Assembly (NCBI RefSeq): GCF_964204645.1
Contig: NC_134036.1
Location: 6,354,600 to 6,418,599 of the forward strand
Direction of reading: 5' to 3'
DNA length: 64,000 bases
DNA from: Tubulanus polymorphus
Lineage: Eukaryota; Animalia; Nemertea
Shown here: one piece after another, positions 41,350 through 54,400 of the stretch
Layout: each line of letters begins with the position of its first letter
How positions within the stretch are numbered: position 1 is the first letter of the stretch
The notes under the pieces: generated by a model
The model's input: the letters and a program-made list of their open reading frames with translations, nothing else
Told to the model about the DNA's origin: nothing
The model's database searches: none
Position numbers and translations under genes: made by a program

Positions 41350-41439
41350 TTATGCCTTATGATAGAAAAAAAAAAAAAACAATAACAATATTCGTTTGAA
41401 AATAAAGATTTCTCGTCGACAAAATCTGGAGATTCCACT

Positions 41440-41596
41440 GGGCCTAGCTGCACAGTCGTGAGTTAAGGCCAAAAGTGGTGTTACATCTTTAACACGGAAC
41501 GAGTTTATACTGGACTTTAGTTGTTAGATTGGGCATAGAATCAAGTTGGACTGAGACTGGTCTTAGATCTAAGGCATGGCTCCTGCAACAGACCCC
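41440..41596. mobile_element. Uninterrupted MITE; empty target site of the LINE at 347-4124
   Basis: Equals 276-346 joined to 4128-4214. Confidence 0.65.
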
Positions 41597-42811
41597 TCGA
41601 TTCAAACTGCATCGCAGACTAAGATAGATTATAGCCGAACAAATGCGTTCGTATTCGCAATATCTTGCTTATATCAGCATTTCTAGAATTCTAGAATTTC
41701 TAGAGAGCGGGAGAGAGAGATACCGAATAGATAATACAGCGTGGCGTATATAAGTTAAACGCCTGGAGGCAGTTACTGTAAAAACGGTCTAAACTTTCTG
41801 TGCACGACAGCGGATTTCAGCATGTATCATGTATCCGTCTAGATCAAAGATATATTTACACTGATTTCGTGCGCCGCAAGAAAACCAGCGAATAACTAAT
41901 TTATAAATCACAATTACACAAAACCTTAAGTCTTATGATATAGGAAAAAACCTTGAAAAAACCTAAATTAGTATATTACAAAGTTTAAGGATTGTGCAAC
42001 GATTATCATGTTTGCCGCGAATGTGGACAAATCGATTGGATTCATCGATGTATTTTGAGGAGCGATAAAGTTTTATTTCTATCAGGGAAAACTTTTGAGA
42101 CGATAGTGTCAGTATTCGGTTGATTAGTGATTAGATTCATTAGATTTGAAGATTTTAGACTAGCTCATTGCGTGCGATTCATATTCTTTCTCGTTTAAGG
42201 GAAGCAACCTTACGCGCCCTGGAATTAAAACGTTTTTGCAAAATTATTTGATAATGGATATGATTGTACGCAAGTAATATGTAGATGTTCATTTTACTTA
42301 TTTCTAGCTTTATGGCGACAGCGAAGCGCGTTTTCCGCTGCCCGCTATTTATTGAGGAAGACGGTTCCGATAAAATAGCGAAAAACAACGCAATGTTAAA
42401 TGTAACAAAATATCAGAAATATTTCTGGTAGGAACTTCCAACCTAGCACTTTGATAGTTTTTCATTGCAATATGTATAATCGATACTATTGTTTAATTGG
42501 GATCCATAGAATCTACATAATCTATTTCTGATTCGGAATAGCCGTCATTCGTGAAAATATGCTAGAATAAACTAAAAAAGATACAAATGTGGAATATGCA
42601 CGGTGTCTGATATTGATTTTCGTTGTAATGCAATAAAATCATACTTACGTTGAACATTTGACGCGGTAAGAATTGTAGGCTTAGAGCGCTGCGATTCATA
42701 CAGCGAGTGTATGACACGTGGATTGTGTTTACACAGAGGACAGCGTGCGCGCGGTAGCAGAATATGGCGAAAAGTTTCTTTTGAAAATATTTCGTCCAAG
42801 TAATGATTTAA

Positions 42812-43015
42812 ATTTGGTGGCTGATTCGGGCCACGCCGACATTTTTCGAGCACGAAAAATCTCAAAACAAAATTGATAGCGAGAAAACGAATATTAACGC
42901 GAGAAGACAAATATTAGCGCAAGAAAACAAATATTTAGCGCGAGAAAACAAAATAATATGTTTTCTCGCGCTAAATATTTGTTTTCTCGCGCTAATGTTT
43001 GTTTTGGGGACCCCT
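42812..43015. mobile_element. Foldback-like insertion made of ~20-bp units (AGCGCGAGAAAACAAATATT) in direct then inverted orientation
   Basis: Absent at the paralogous sites ~5466 and ~61148. Confidence 0.75.
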
Positions 43016-43321
43016 GGAAATGACCGTGAGTGCGTTGCAAGCCGCGGACGAAACGGCGTATCCTACTGATCTGACATTTTTTAACTTCGAATCATAAACA
43101 GTAAACAAGCCAATCATTGATTCATTTACTAGCAGCTTTATTGGATCAAATTATGACACGGAGTTTGAATTATAAATTCAATTCGAGTTAAGCTATTTCT
43201 CAACGTGCAAAACCTTTTCAGTCAGTAGGTATCCTGCCGACTGTGGTTTAGTTTCATAATGGGATATTACCCGAACAACCGCAAATTCATATCCCATTAT
43301 AGGTCCTTATCGCCATAACGA

Positions 43322-44234
43322 TTAGCTACAAAATCCGGCTCTGCATTTTTTGTCGCAACAGTCAGAGCTATAGTAACAACTATCTGCTTTTTTCATGCAA
43401 CGTCGAGTCCCTGAAAGTAAGAAATTGAAAATGGAATTTTGAAGTGAAACAAGCTTTTCTTACTTAAGTCAATGTATAATTCCGAACCCAGAGCATATGT
43501 AGAACCGGTAATGATCCCGACGATTGGGATCTTAGAAGCCACTCATTGTTGTCGATCATTTAGACGAACGAATGTATTTAAGAGTTGCATGTTCATAAGA
43601 TCAATATTTCAGGTCAATTGAATGGACTGCCCGCAAAACCAGCTATCCCGCCAGATGGTGCGATGAGCAGTAGATCGTTCGTTGTCAAAATTAGTTCATT
43701 TTCAATTAACTTTGAAATGGATTGTAAGACTCCTGAATCCATGTATTATCACAGCACTCGCCAAATATAAAAAACTTTTATTCTTATTATGAGATTTGGA
43801 GATTTTCTTCATAAATAATTGATTCATCTAAGTGAAGAGTTCATTCAGATTTAATTGATTTGAAGATGAAAATTGAACGCGACAAACAATCTACTAGCGA
43901 ACCTAATGGATCCTCGCCTGCCATATGCGGAATCCTCGATTACCACATTAGCACACTGCGGCTACCCCATTGATTCTAATCAGTATATGAGCATGTAATA
44001 TTATCTATGAGATGTAATTCGTTGAATTAATTCGTTCGATAATCATCTACTTAATCGATAAATAACTACTAAATGTGAACTGATAATTACAAATTTTAAT
44101 TAATGCGTATTATTCGTGGAATCGTACGAAATCGTGTATTGTATTCCCGGTTACTTACGTGCGTCTACAATGGCCACGGCACTGACGACAATCACAGCAA
44201 CAGCACACATTCGAGTCATTAAATGAGCCAGCAT
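43322..44234 (-). CDS. K1b: knottin precursor, coding exons 44234-44159 and 43410-43322
   Basis: MLAHLMTRMCAVAVIVVSAVAIVDA-RTRR-CMKKADSCYYSSDCCDKKCRAGFCS*; splice sites intact. Confidence 0.88.
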
Positions 44235-45671
44235 TTTCGCGCCTAGAATTTTACTAAAATATTTGAGGCCATGGAAATTACAATATCCGTGATAAGACGA
44301 TGAGCAAAAATCCCACAATGAATCAAAAAAGTTTATTTCAAAATTATAAATATTCCGGGTGATTGCCACCACCCATCTTCAGTCTAAAAAAATAATTTAA
44401 AAATTACCACTCGGAATATTTCTAATTTCAAATAAGCTTTTTAGATTCATTCATATATTGTGGGATTTTAACTCATGAATGATATCTATTAGCAATCACA
44501 AATTCTGATTATGCAAAAACTTTCAACGGGCTCTCAGTTAATGAACATTTTGTCAGGTAATGTACCAGGTTTAGAAAAATGCAGCTCTGCATATAACGGG
44601 TTTTCTGTATTTCTGGTTTGAATGCTGTTCCATAAGTTCATTCTTTTTTAATCTATTGTATCGTATCGTCCTTGCAATCAGAAGGAAAGTACGTTGAAGC
44701 CCAAATTTATAGGGTGCATATATAAATGAAGGTTCCAGCGAGAAACATCAAACTAAAAGGTAAAGAAGAAATCGCGCTGATATCCGTAACCGTTTGTTCA
44801 CATAGAATAATCGCGGCTCGTTGTCGAAAATTCAAATGAAAAGTGTGATAGACATAATAAAGAGCTGAATTTCTGATAAGGTATCGCATTGACTGGAACG
44901 GGAACGGTGTTTTTACTCTCCGCATCCTCGTTTAGACCCTATCTTAATCCAAATACCATCCGAACGAAATTGACAAAATCAGGACTCGCCATAGTTTAGA
45001 CAAGCGTCGTTAGAATCTATTCTTTTTATGAAATTGATGAAATAATTAATCTGCGTTTTTATGTATTTTGTTTAAATCTATTTCTTATTTCAACATTTGA
45101 TCGTAAAAAATATAGATTTGAATTACCAGTATTTTATCGACGGACCTACCTCAGTCGCTTGTTCTGACGTATTCAACTTTTCGAATCGAAAATGTCTCGT
45201 TTTCCCGAGCTAGCACAGTCGACGAATGAATAAAACACATCGCGCGTAAAATAGTATACGTGTTGAAATAGAAATCGAAATTATAGCGATATACTACACA
45301 CAGCTCGATATAGATTGAAACTCGCGTCGATGTGTTTGTTCAATCGCTTCGCACCCGGCTCTTCAAAATCGATCCACGCGCATCACTATCTCACTCACAC
45401 TGAGCCATGAGTATAATGTTTCGAACCTACGGGATATCATTATGTATATTTAAATCAGCTGTCGCCTTTCATAATTTATGAATATAAATTTTTCATATGC
45501 TGTTTGAGTATTTTCGCTCGTGTGCGGTGAATACCTACACAGAACGCATCATTCTGACTAGAAACAGGTCTTAAATTGCGATTGAAAGTGACTATTGAAT
45601 CCGATCGATATTTTTGATTGGAGGTTTCCTACGCGTGTTTTGTCGACCACTATGTGCGGTCCCGACTACTG

Positions 45672-45973
45672 CCTCCCCAGGTAGGGATTCGAACCTGATG
45701 GCGTCGCTACACTCGGCCACGGCACGAAACCCTGCCACAATAGACCGAATGCGGCACCGATCAGATTGTTCGTTGTATAATCACTAAAGCAAAGTTCACG
45801 GAAGAACTATCGATCGGATAACCCGGACTAAATTGGATAAAACGGGTTTTCTAATTGGCTAATATTGTAATCATCTAAGCTTCGTGTGCATCTGTACACT
45901 CGGTCTAGTGTGGCAGGGTTTCGTACCGCGGCAATCTCGATGCCGTCATGTTCGAATCCCTGCTGGGGGAGGA
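45672..45973. mobile_element. Inverted tRNA-like-arm element (copy within the duplicated block)
   Basis: Both arms carry GTTCGAATCCC in opposite orientations. Confidence 0.75.
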
Positions 45974-46359
45974 TGCTGACTGCCGAGTAACTATCTTAGA
46001 CCTCAGTAATGACATCATGTGCAAATACATCGTGTACAGTGGTCACGCTATTGCGTCATATTGACCGTCATCTGGTCATAGATGACTAATTTCGCCCGAG
46101 TGTACTGGTCTGCAAAGTCTTGGAGAAATGATTCTGCCTGAATGAGATCCGTCTTGTTAACTTCTCCGGTGTATATAGTTGAAAGAACTGCTAAAACTGA
46201 ATCGTTTGCTTTTATTTGATTAACTGATTTGCATATATTTGCATATATTATATATTCATCATAGTCAGTCAGTAACCTGGCTGTGATTTAGTTTTATAAT
46301 CGCATATTTCCCAAAACCACCGCGAGTAATCCGATTGTAAACCCAATTTTCACCAACGA

Positions 46360-46657
46360 TTAGCAACACCTTGCCTGGTTACATTTGCCGCTGCAACACT
46401 CAGCATCGTGGGCGCAAAGACCCAAGTTTGTGCAACCTATATTTTATAATAGAAACAATGAATTCAAATAGAATTTTGATGTGAAACAGAGCTCTTACTT
46501 AAAAGCGAGGAAATAATTGACTCGCTATCGTTCGAGTCTATACGTTCATTCGTTAAACAAATACTCAATGTTAACTGATGAATGCAAATTTGTGTATTTT
46601 ATGCAAGACATCCAATGGCATTCTTATCATTTGTCCAGTCGTTACTCACCCGCAGCG
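46360..46657 (-). pseudogene. K2b: knottin gene whose signal exon is mostly deleted
   Basis: Peptide exon 46436-46360 is open (GCTNLGLCAHDAECCSGKCNQARCC*). A ~440-bp deletion relative to 8978-9420 removes the ATG and most of the signal exon. The first-exon donor is GT>GC at ~47260. Confidence 0.85.
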
Positions 46658-47603
46658 ATAGATCTAAATCTAGAAGTACATAGAATATAAACAGGTGGTT
46701 TGCAGGCGCGTGTCGAGCTTTTCTGAGGGGCACGTCTATTTCAAGAAAAACGTTTTTCCCTGCAAAGTGTCACTTAACAGTTAAAAAGGACAAAAAACGC
46801 TTTTCATCTTCCAAAAAAAAACACTTGAAAATTGTATCAAAAATTTGCAAAATCTTGACCCAAATTGTTTTTACACTGACTTTGAAAATTAAAGGGGGCT
46901 CGTTCGCTTCCCCCGGACCCTAAACCAAATTAAGTAAATGAAAGAAGTGACAGGAAGGATAAGCCTACACTGTTCCTACTGATCCCTTACCTTAATTTCT
47001 TCCCATTCTTAAAAAACCCAAAAAACATCCTCCCAACGACTCGCATAATTAGTAGACATTTGCCATCTCATTAGTTGAGACTAACGTTTGCCGAAAATCT
47101 AACTTAATATGATGAGAAAGATGAAATTTTACTTCTGTCGTCTTTCTGATGTGATATATGCTGCATGTTAAAGTGTATATCGCTTTGTCGATGGACAATC
47201 AACGGCCGATTACGAATGATGTGGATTTGAGTATTTCTTGAGCATAAGAGCTTTTCTTGCCTTAGTCGCTTCGTTCAACGTAGCTTTTTCAACGTTCGAA
47301 TAGAGAATATCTCGTTTTCTCGAGTCAGGATCCGTCGACGAATGAATATAACACATAGGATGAAGCGATCATTTATACGTTCTTAAGACATATTCAAAAA
47401 AATTCCAACATTTGCACAGCTTAATATTAGTTACCCCTCTAATGTTTGATGATTCTTGCAAGCTGAATCGATGCGAAACCGAAAACTTTTAAAATAGATC
47501 CTCGCTCATCACTATTTTCTCACACAAACCATGCGTATATTTCTTTTTGTCATTTGTTCTCGCGGGAAATAATTCTTTTCATATATTAACCTGTCATATG
47601 TAG

Positions 47604-47975
47604 CCAGCATCACCATCATCGCCTTCATTGTCACCACCACCTTCTCCAGCATCTCCATCATCACCTTCTCCAGCATCACCATCATCGCCTTCATTGTCAC
47701 CACCACCTTCTCCAGCATCACCATCATCACCTCCTCCAGCATCACCATCATCGCCTTCATTGTCACCACCACCTTCTCCAGCATCACCATCATCACCTTC
47801 TCCAGCATCACCACCGCAATCATCACATCGACTTCCCCAGCATCACCATCATCACAAATCAATTGACTATCAATTCAAACTACGTCATCATCGTCGTCAT
47901 AACATCCACCATCACACACTCATTATCATAATCACTCTCTCCGCCATCTCCACCATCCCAACCTCCACCTATTGA
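47604..47975. repeat. Shorter copy of the CAT/CAC minisatellite
   Basis: Same unit as 11020-11880. Confidence 0.92.
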
Positions 47976-48835
47976 GCGAGTCATCTAGTCACCCAATCGT
48001 CCGGTTAATCAGTCGGCTACGAATATACTTTTTAATCGGATTCTACGCCTGGGTCGAAGAAAACCACTCACAGAAGTGATCTTAATGGATGGTGCAGCAA
48101 AGCGCGTGAAATTCACAAATTCTCACAAATCCAGCGACGTTATTCTTTCTTGAGCAGACCATACGCACCTTTCGAAACTAGTTCATTAATGTAAATTTCA
48201 CTCTCATTCCTAACTAATATCTTTGCCCCCGCCTCAAAGCGAATGTACTTACACCATTAATTTATAAAATTCAGCAAAAAACATATGTTTTTAGAGTGTA
48301 AGGGTGTCGTACAAGTTCGATTATTAAACCGCGAGCTTCAATTATGTATATTATATCAACAAGCAGCTGACTTATTCCTATTCATTTTGTCTAACCAATA
48401 AAGCGCTTGATGTATAACCACCTGCTGCAATAACGTTTCGAGTTCCTGAAATTTGCGACCGAAAAATAATCATCGTGAATAGAAAAGCAAACACTCTACT
48501 ACACGTTGTTCTAAACGTCCCGTTCCTATAGGCGTTCTAACGAATACTTTACAACTAACAGCGGCAGTTGTGGGCAGGACGTACGAATCCAGTATAGGTA
48601 AAGTAAGTATGAATGCAATAGAATAGAAAGGATGCGATACGTATGACATACATCAATACCTAGATTATGAATCTATACAAAACGAGGTTTCACAGTCGAA
48701 TCAGTTAATACCTATTCGACGGGGGCCAGATGCTCGAAAGGTTGGTTGAAGCTTTCGAGTCGATAGCTGAAATAGAGACAATCAAAAGTTCATTATTGTT
48801 ATGAGAATATTCATAGCCGTGTTAACCAGGTTTAA

Positions 48836-49019
48836 AATAAGTAACGAGACGAGTAGTACTGTATAGGTTAACTATTTATTTGACGTACGAGCTTTCGCTT
48901 CTAATGAATAGAAGCTTCATCACTCATTCACCTGATGAAACTTCTATTCATTAGAAGCGAAAGCTCGTGCGTCAAATAAATAGTTAACCTATACAGTACT
49001 ACTCGTCTCGTTACTTATT
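48836..49019. mobile_element. Near-perfect inverted repeat (87-bp arms, 10-nt loop), probably derived from a Penelope-like pLTR
   Basis: Arms 48836-48922 and 48933-49019 differ at 2 positions. Each contains a hammerhead-core motif followed by AATAAA. Confidence 0.75.
48929..48969 (+). ncRNA. Minimal type I hammerhead ribozyme motif (Penelope type)
   Basis: CAC-CTGATGA-A(A)CTTCTA-ttcat-TAGAAG(C)-GAAA-GCTC-GTG: stem I CAC/GTG, stem II CTTCTA/TAGAAG, palindromic AGCT in place of stem III. Confidence 0.7.
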
Positions 49020-49179
49020 ATTATTATGGTATTCTATCCGGCGATTATCTTCGAACATATTTTTAACGTGTAGCCCCTGGATTGTTTCATACAAGACGAA
49101 TTATTTCGTTCATATTCAAGTTCGGTTGATGGGTAATATCGATGTTCTCCGTTTCTAGTTCGATTTCTAGGCGATGAAA

Positions 49180-49856
49180 ATGCTTGCTTATCTATTAACT
49201 CGCGTATATGCGATCGTCGCGATTGTGGTCAGTGTTGCGTCATTTGCGGAGGCATGGGGTGAGTGGTCACGTCTGACAATTGATTACAGAAATTTCCATC
49301 GGATTCATCGGAGGAAACAACCTAAAAAAATTCAGATAGACGTTTCAAACCCATCGAAATTTAGCGAAAAGTTTCCAAATATTTAATGCAGACATTTTTG
49401 CACGGCATTTTACTGAGTAATTTTTCATAGAAATATATCACGATCAAGTGATTAGACTTACGTATTCCAAATTATAAAAAATAACCTTTCAGATAACCTC
49501 TCATTTGTTCCCGAATATTTTCTAAAAAAGGCATTTACTTTTGGGCTATGGTAAAATAAAAAACCGGCTCTGATTAATGCGAATTTAGTCGGGGGATTGA
49601 AATGGGATAAATGCTTTGCGTGCGGGCGGCTATCAACCCTCAATGCTAACATATCGCTCTCTCGTCTAAACGGATCTACCTGAACCCGGGCTTAATAATA
49701 GAATTTAGTAAAATACTGTTGTTTTTGAATGTAAATTTCATTTCTTTTGGTCATATTTTAGCTTGCGGCTCCATAGGCCAATCGTGTAAGGCTTCCATCG
49801 AATGCTGCGACCCTAACCCTTGTCAAAACTCGGTGTGTACACCGTACGCGGGCTAA
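49180..49856 (+). CDS. K3: knottin precursor with C-terminal Gly; coding exons 49180-49258 (alternative ATG at 49174) and 49762-49856
   Basis: TGGG|GTGAGT donor and TTTTAG|CT acceptor, phase 1. Product MLAYLLTRVYAIVAIVVSVASFAEAW-ACGSIGQSCKASIECCDPNPCQNSVCTPYAG*; family 3'UTR with AATAAA at ~50013. Confidence 0.88.
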
Positions 49857-51492
49857 TCGTAGATGGTAAGTTGTTGTAATCGGATCGTGGTGTTTGTCGA
49901 AATATCCGATTATGAAACTGAACCGCAGTCACGATACCGACTGACTGTGAAAAAGCTCGAATTGGATCTATATTTTAACTGCGTTGTGAGATCTGGTCTT
50001 ATAATCAAATCCAATAAAATGAAAGTAAATAAATCAATACGAGAGTCATATAAGTTATCTATAAAGCGCGGTTTCATCATCAGTCATCGATATTGTAGAT
50101 CCACGTTTTTACTTAAACTCGAAAAGCACGACGTAGTAGTCCGATGCAGCTATATGGTCCAAACACATTGCACACGTGACGATGTTCGGTGTCGTTGCTG
50201 CTCTGTATATTTGGGAATACATAAAAAGGTCTTCAAACAACAGACGAGTGTAAACCAGTAGTGTGTCCTACCGAGTCATTAAATGTGGTTACAATTGTTT
50301 TTCTCTTTATAATTTACATCGTGAGTGAACCAACTATAATCCAGACTGAAAATACTTTCAACTATCTACAAGTGTAAACCAATTTGGATCAACTTAGATT
50401 GTATGGTCTGGTCAGTTAGGTCTGGTATGTGTGGATATGGCTTTTTGATGTGTTATCTCAACACGTAACAGCCATTAAAAAGGCGGAAGATACAGTCACG
50501 TGAAATGAATAAATTCGACAACAAATATCATTAAATAAAACATTCGGATTTTTTTATAACAACGATTCGCATAAAACTACAATATACACACTATCTATAA
50601 TGTATACCCAACGGCGGGGGTTCGGGTTCCTGCTGAGCCAGGTTGGGCGTGTCTACTGAGCTAGAGTTTCGCATAGGATAAATATTTACAATACAGTATT
50701 AGCTTAATCTGTAAATTCAGGAGTATACCACTGACCAGGGCCTATACTTTGAGGACAAAATAATCACTAAGATGCATCATTCACAGTCCATCGAAGTGTA
50801 TCGTATACACACTTTTATCTCACTTCGTATTCTGTATCACAACGATAATGATGATTAATACATTTCCTAAAGAAAAGTGAACGTTGCATGTTTCGATACT
50901 GCGGCATAGGAACAACAATTACCACGAATTTTTCATTATTAATGAAGAATTAGTCATCTTGCCGGATAGGCACATAACAGCTGGACAATTTATTTCGGTT
51001 GGCATCGTGGGTTGTGGATGTGGGTGCCTGACCTGAATGACAACGATTGAATGTCGTGTCTATAGGAGTGACGGCTATCCGACCTGATAAGTTTTACTTC
51101 ACGCAATTATCATTGACATATTAATTAATGATATATCAAACAATAGATCGACTCGAGATTATTGAACGTGAATAAAACGGTGAAAGTCAAACGGAATACT
51201 TATCGCAGTGATATTTAGTGCTGAGCCTATTACTATAAAACTGAGCGAATTTGGACAAATGACAATATTTTCACACAAATCATATCGCGCGGGGAGGGTA
51301 TTTTGACAATGGTAACCCAATATTGCATAATTCATAAAAAAAAACGATAGGCTAGCTGTAATGCCCCTTAGGGCTCTTGTTTATGCCCTAAAATCAATTA
51401 TCCCCATCAGAAAATGCTTTCAGAAATCAGAAAACAACGTTTTGACTGGCAATATATTCTAATTACCCTGCGCTGGGTAAAACTGGATGAAT

Positions 51493-54400
51493 TTATCTAT
51501 TTTTACGGTGTTGCCTGCGTTTAGTTTTTGCTCGAATGGATTTCATATCCATAGTCAGTATTGTGTAAAGGAGGGGATTGAGGGACGAGTTGATCGGTAA
51601 GAAAAGAACCGCCAGCCAAGCCGCCACCTGATTCGGTATTTCTACCCGTAATACTGCGCAAAACTGAACGCTTATTAACGGCAGCCAGCAAAATAAATTA
51701 CACAGATTTATCACCAAACTCCTGCGCGCTAAAACTAGTTCTGTAGGGTCAATTCTACCCGAACCGGCCCTACTTCCAGATACGAGTCGGTACATTTGCG
51801 CATAAGTGGCCATTATCGTAGAAAGAATGAAGAAGTTGGTTAATGAAAAAATAGCGAATGAATATTGCCAGGCGTTGACATCAATTGAAACCAAATTCAT
51901 AGGTAAACAAACTCCGGTAGTGCCGTAGAAATTGTCTCCAAAGTAAGAGATGGGTGTAAGAGGTAGCATTGCAATAACACACAAAACAATCCAACATGCG
52001 CAACAAATGATACACGCATATCTCGGAGATGTAATTGGGTTATCAGAGAATGGGTCTACGATATTTGAGAATCTATGACGTGTCATGATTAGTAAAAATA
52101 TCAATGAACCTTCGCAAGAAATAGTGACCACGACTCCAGCAAGACGACAAATCAAACTGTCCGTCCAGGCTTCCGAATTGAGAAAGTAAATACCTTTGTA
52201 GATATAATCAGCTCCAGCGATCAGAAACAAATATATAGACATCATAAAATCACACAGAGCAACATTAATGATAATGATGTCTGAAAATGGATATGAGGAG
52301 GATAATCGAATCGCTCGAATGCGAATAGAAATGACGATTCCATTAGCGATGAAACTGAATGAAGCGATGACCCAAATGATAGCTCTGAGGACTGTGTTAC
52401 CCATCAGATCAGAACAAGAGGAAAATTGATCAGCTTCGGGAAGGCACCGGTCAACATTCGGAGCCATGCAGCAAAATTTGTAAGCGTCTGACCTCAGTGA
52501 GACTAATGATGTTAGATTGTCAAAAACATGTCTGGGGACGGAAATAATTTTGTTATTATTGGTTATATCAAGAATTTCGAGTGACGTTAATCCAGAAAAT
52601 GCGTCACTTGAAATGTGATAGATTTTGTTACCGCTGATATTCAACGACTGTAATGTAGATAAACCCACAAACGCGCGTTCAGAAAGCATCAATATAAAAA
52701 GTCCTTGAATATCAAGAATTCGGAGTGATCTCAATCCCGAAAAACTGCTTTCCTGCAAATAGTGAATCGGATTTTTAGTTACGAATAACTCCTTCAAACT
52801 ATACAAACCAGTGAATGTATTTGTTGATAATGATGTTATGTTGTTGTATGTAAGGTCTAATGTATGTAGATTATGCTGGTTTGAGAACGAATTCGGTAAA
52901 ATATAAGACAATTCATTGAAGGAGATGTTGAGCATTCGAAGATAAACATACAGAGATAGTGTGAACACATCCAAGATGATTCGGTTGTTCGACAATATCA
53001 AAACTCGGGTTGATGCCGAGAACAGTCCGGTAATATCTGTTAAACCATTATTTCCACAATCAATCAAATGACCCTGAGATATACACAATCTTGGACACGT
53101 GACGTTACAGAAGGCCTCGTCATCAGTTGTATGTTTACAATGTACAACATCGTCACAAACTTCAGATTGTGGAATACATCGATTTTCCTGACCACATTTA
53201 AACATTCCTGGGCATGAAAATATATCGCAGTTTTGTTCATCTTCTGAATTAGGACAATCTGATTGACCATCGCACACCTGTCTGATCGGTATACAGTACG
53301 ATGCTGGGCATTTAACAGTACCAGCAGGACATTCAAATTCTTCACATCTCAACACGTGCTCGAGATTTCTACAAACCGGGTAACCATTTATCATTCTCTC
53401 TAGAATACATCTGTGACGTCAGGAATAACAATGAGGAGAATTGAAAGAACATCTTTCTTCATCAGATTCCGTACAGAGATTTGTGAAGTTAGTCGTACAG
53501 TGGTTGCCATTATTGCACTGAACCGTAGGATTCACTGTAATATTAATATTTGTTACTAGTTCATCTTCTTCGAGGCTCCCACTGCAATCTACGACACCAT
53601 CCTGATACAACTGAGAACTGATGCAATCTCCACTGTTACACAGGAATCCCAGGCACAGTTGAGCGGTGCATCCTATTTCGTCGGAGCCGTCTTCACAATC
53701 AGTGACACCATTGCATCTGTCAGAACTGCTGATACATTGACCACTTTGGCAGCGAAAATGTTCTGATAAACACGGGGTATAAAAACACGAGTTCTCATCA
53801 GAGCCATCCACACAATCCTGTATGAAATCACAGAAACCACTCATTGATATGACCTGACCATCATTGCATTCAAACTGACTATGTAAATTAATATTCGTAC
53901 AATTAAGTTCATCTTCACCGTTTTGACAGTCGCGTCTGGTATCACATACGCGATGGTCGCTGATACATCTTTGATCGTTACATTTAAACTGCCACGATCT
54001 ACAACCGCTTATAGAAGCTAACTCTTCGTCAGTTACATTGTATGAACACAAAACAGAATGCGCAGTATCTGTCGCATTATCAAACTGTTTCATCGCCCAT
54101 TTAACTGATTGAATATAAGTTATTTCATCTCTAGTGATTATTGGGTTTATAACTTGCAGTTTGTCATTAGAAGTCACCATTAGTATTGAGCTATATTGAT
54201 ATTTAAAGTGAAATGCTCTTATCAAGTTCATCGTGTCGTTTTCGGTGTAACCGGTTATCACAGTGCCTATTACAACTCGTATGCCACGACACATCTCTGT
54301 TGCAGTTTCCATATCTAAACCTCGATGTCTGTTCCAATCCGTCAGTATTTGATAGCATTGTCTATCCATGCTTACCCATCCAACCGTGTAGAAAGGTTTG

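Noticed and set aside
42860-43005. CRISPR-like regular repeats
   Set aside because: Adjacent units without unique spacers, partly inverted, in a eukaryotic context; better explained as a foldback element.
44151-44372. 73-aa ORFs MVAITRNI..VDARK (also 62298-62519) and the 70-aa ORF 49174-49386 as stand-alone genes
   Set aside because: They only overlap the knottin signal exons and read into introns; the spliced models explain them.
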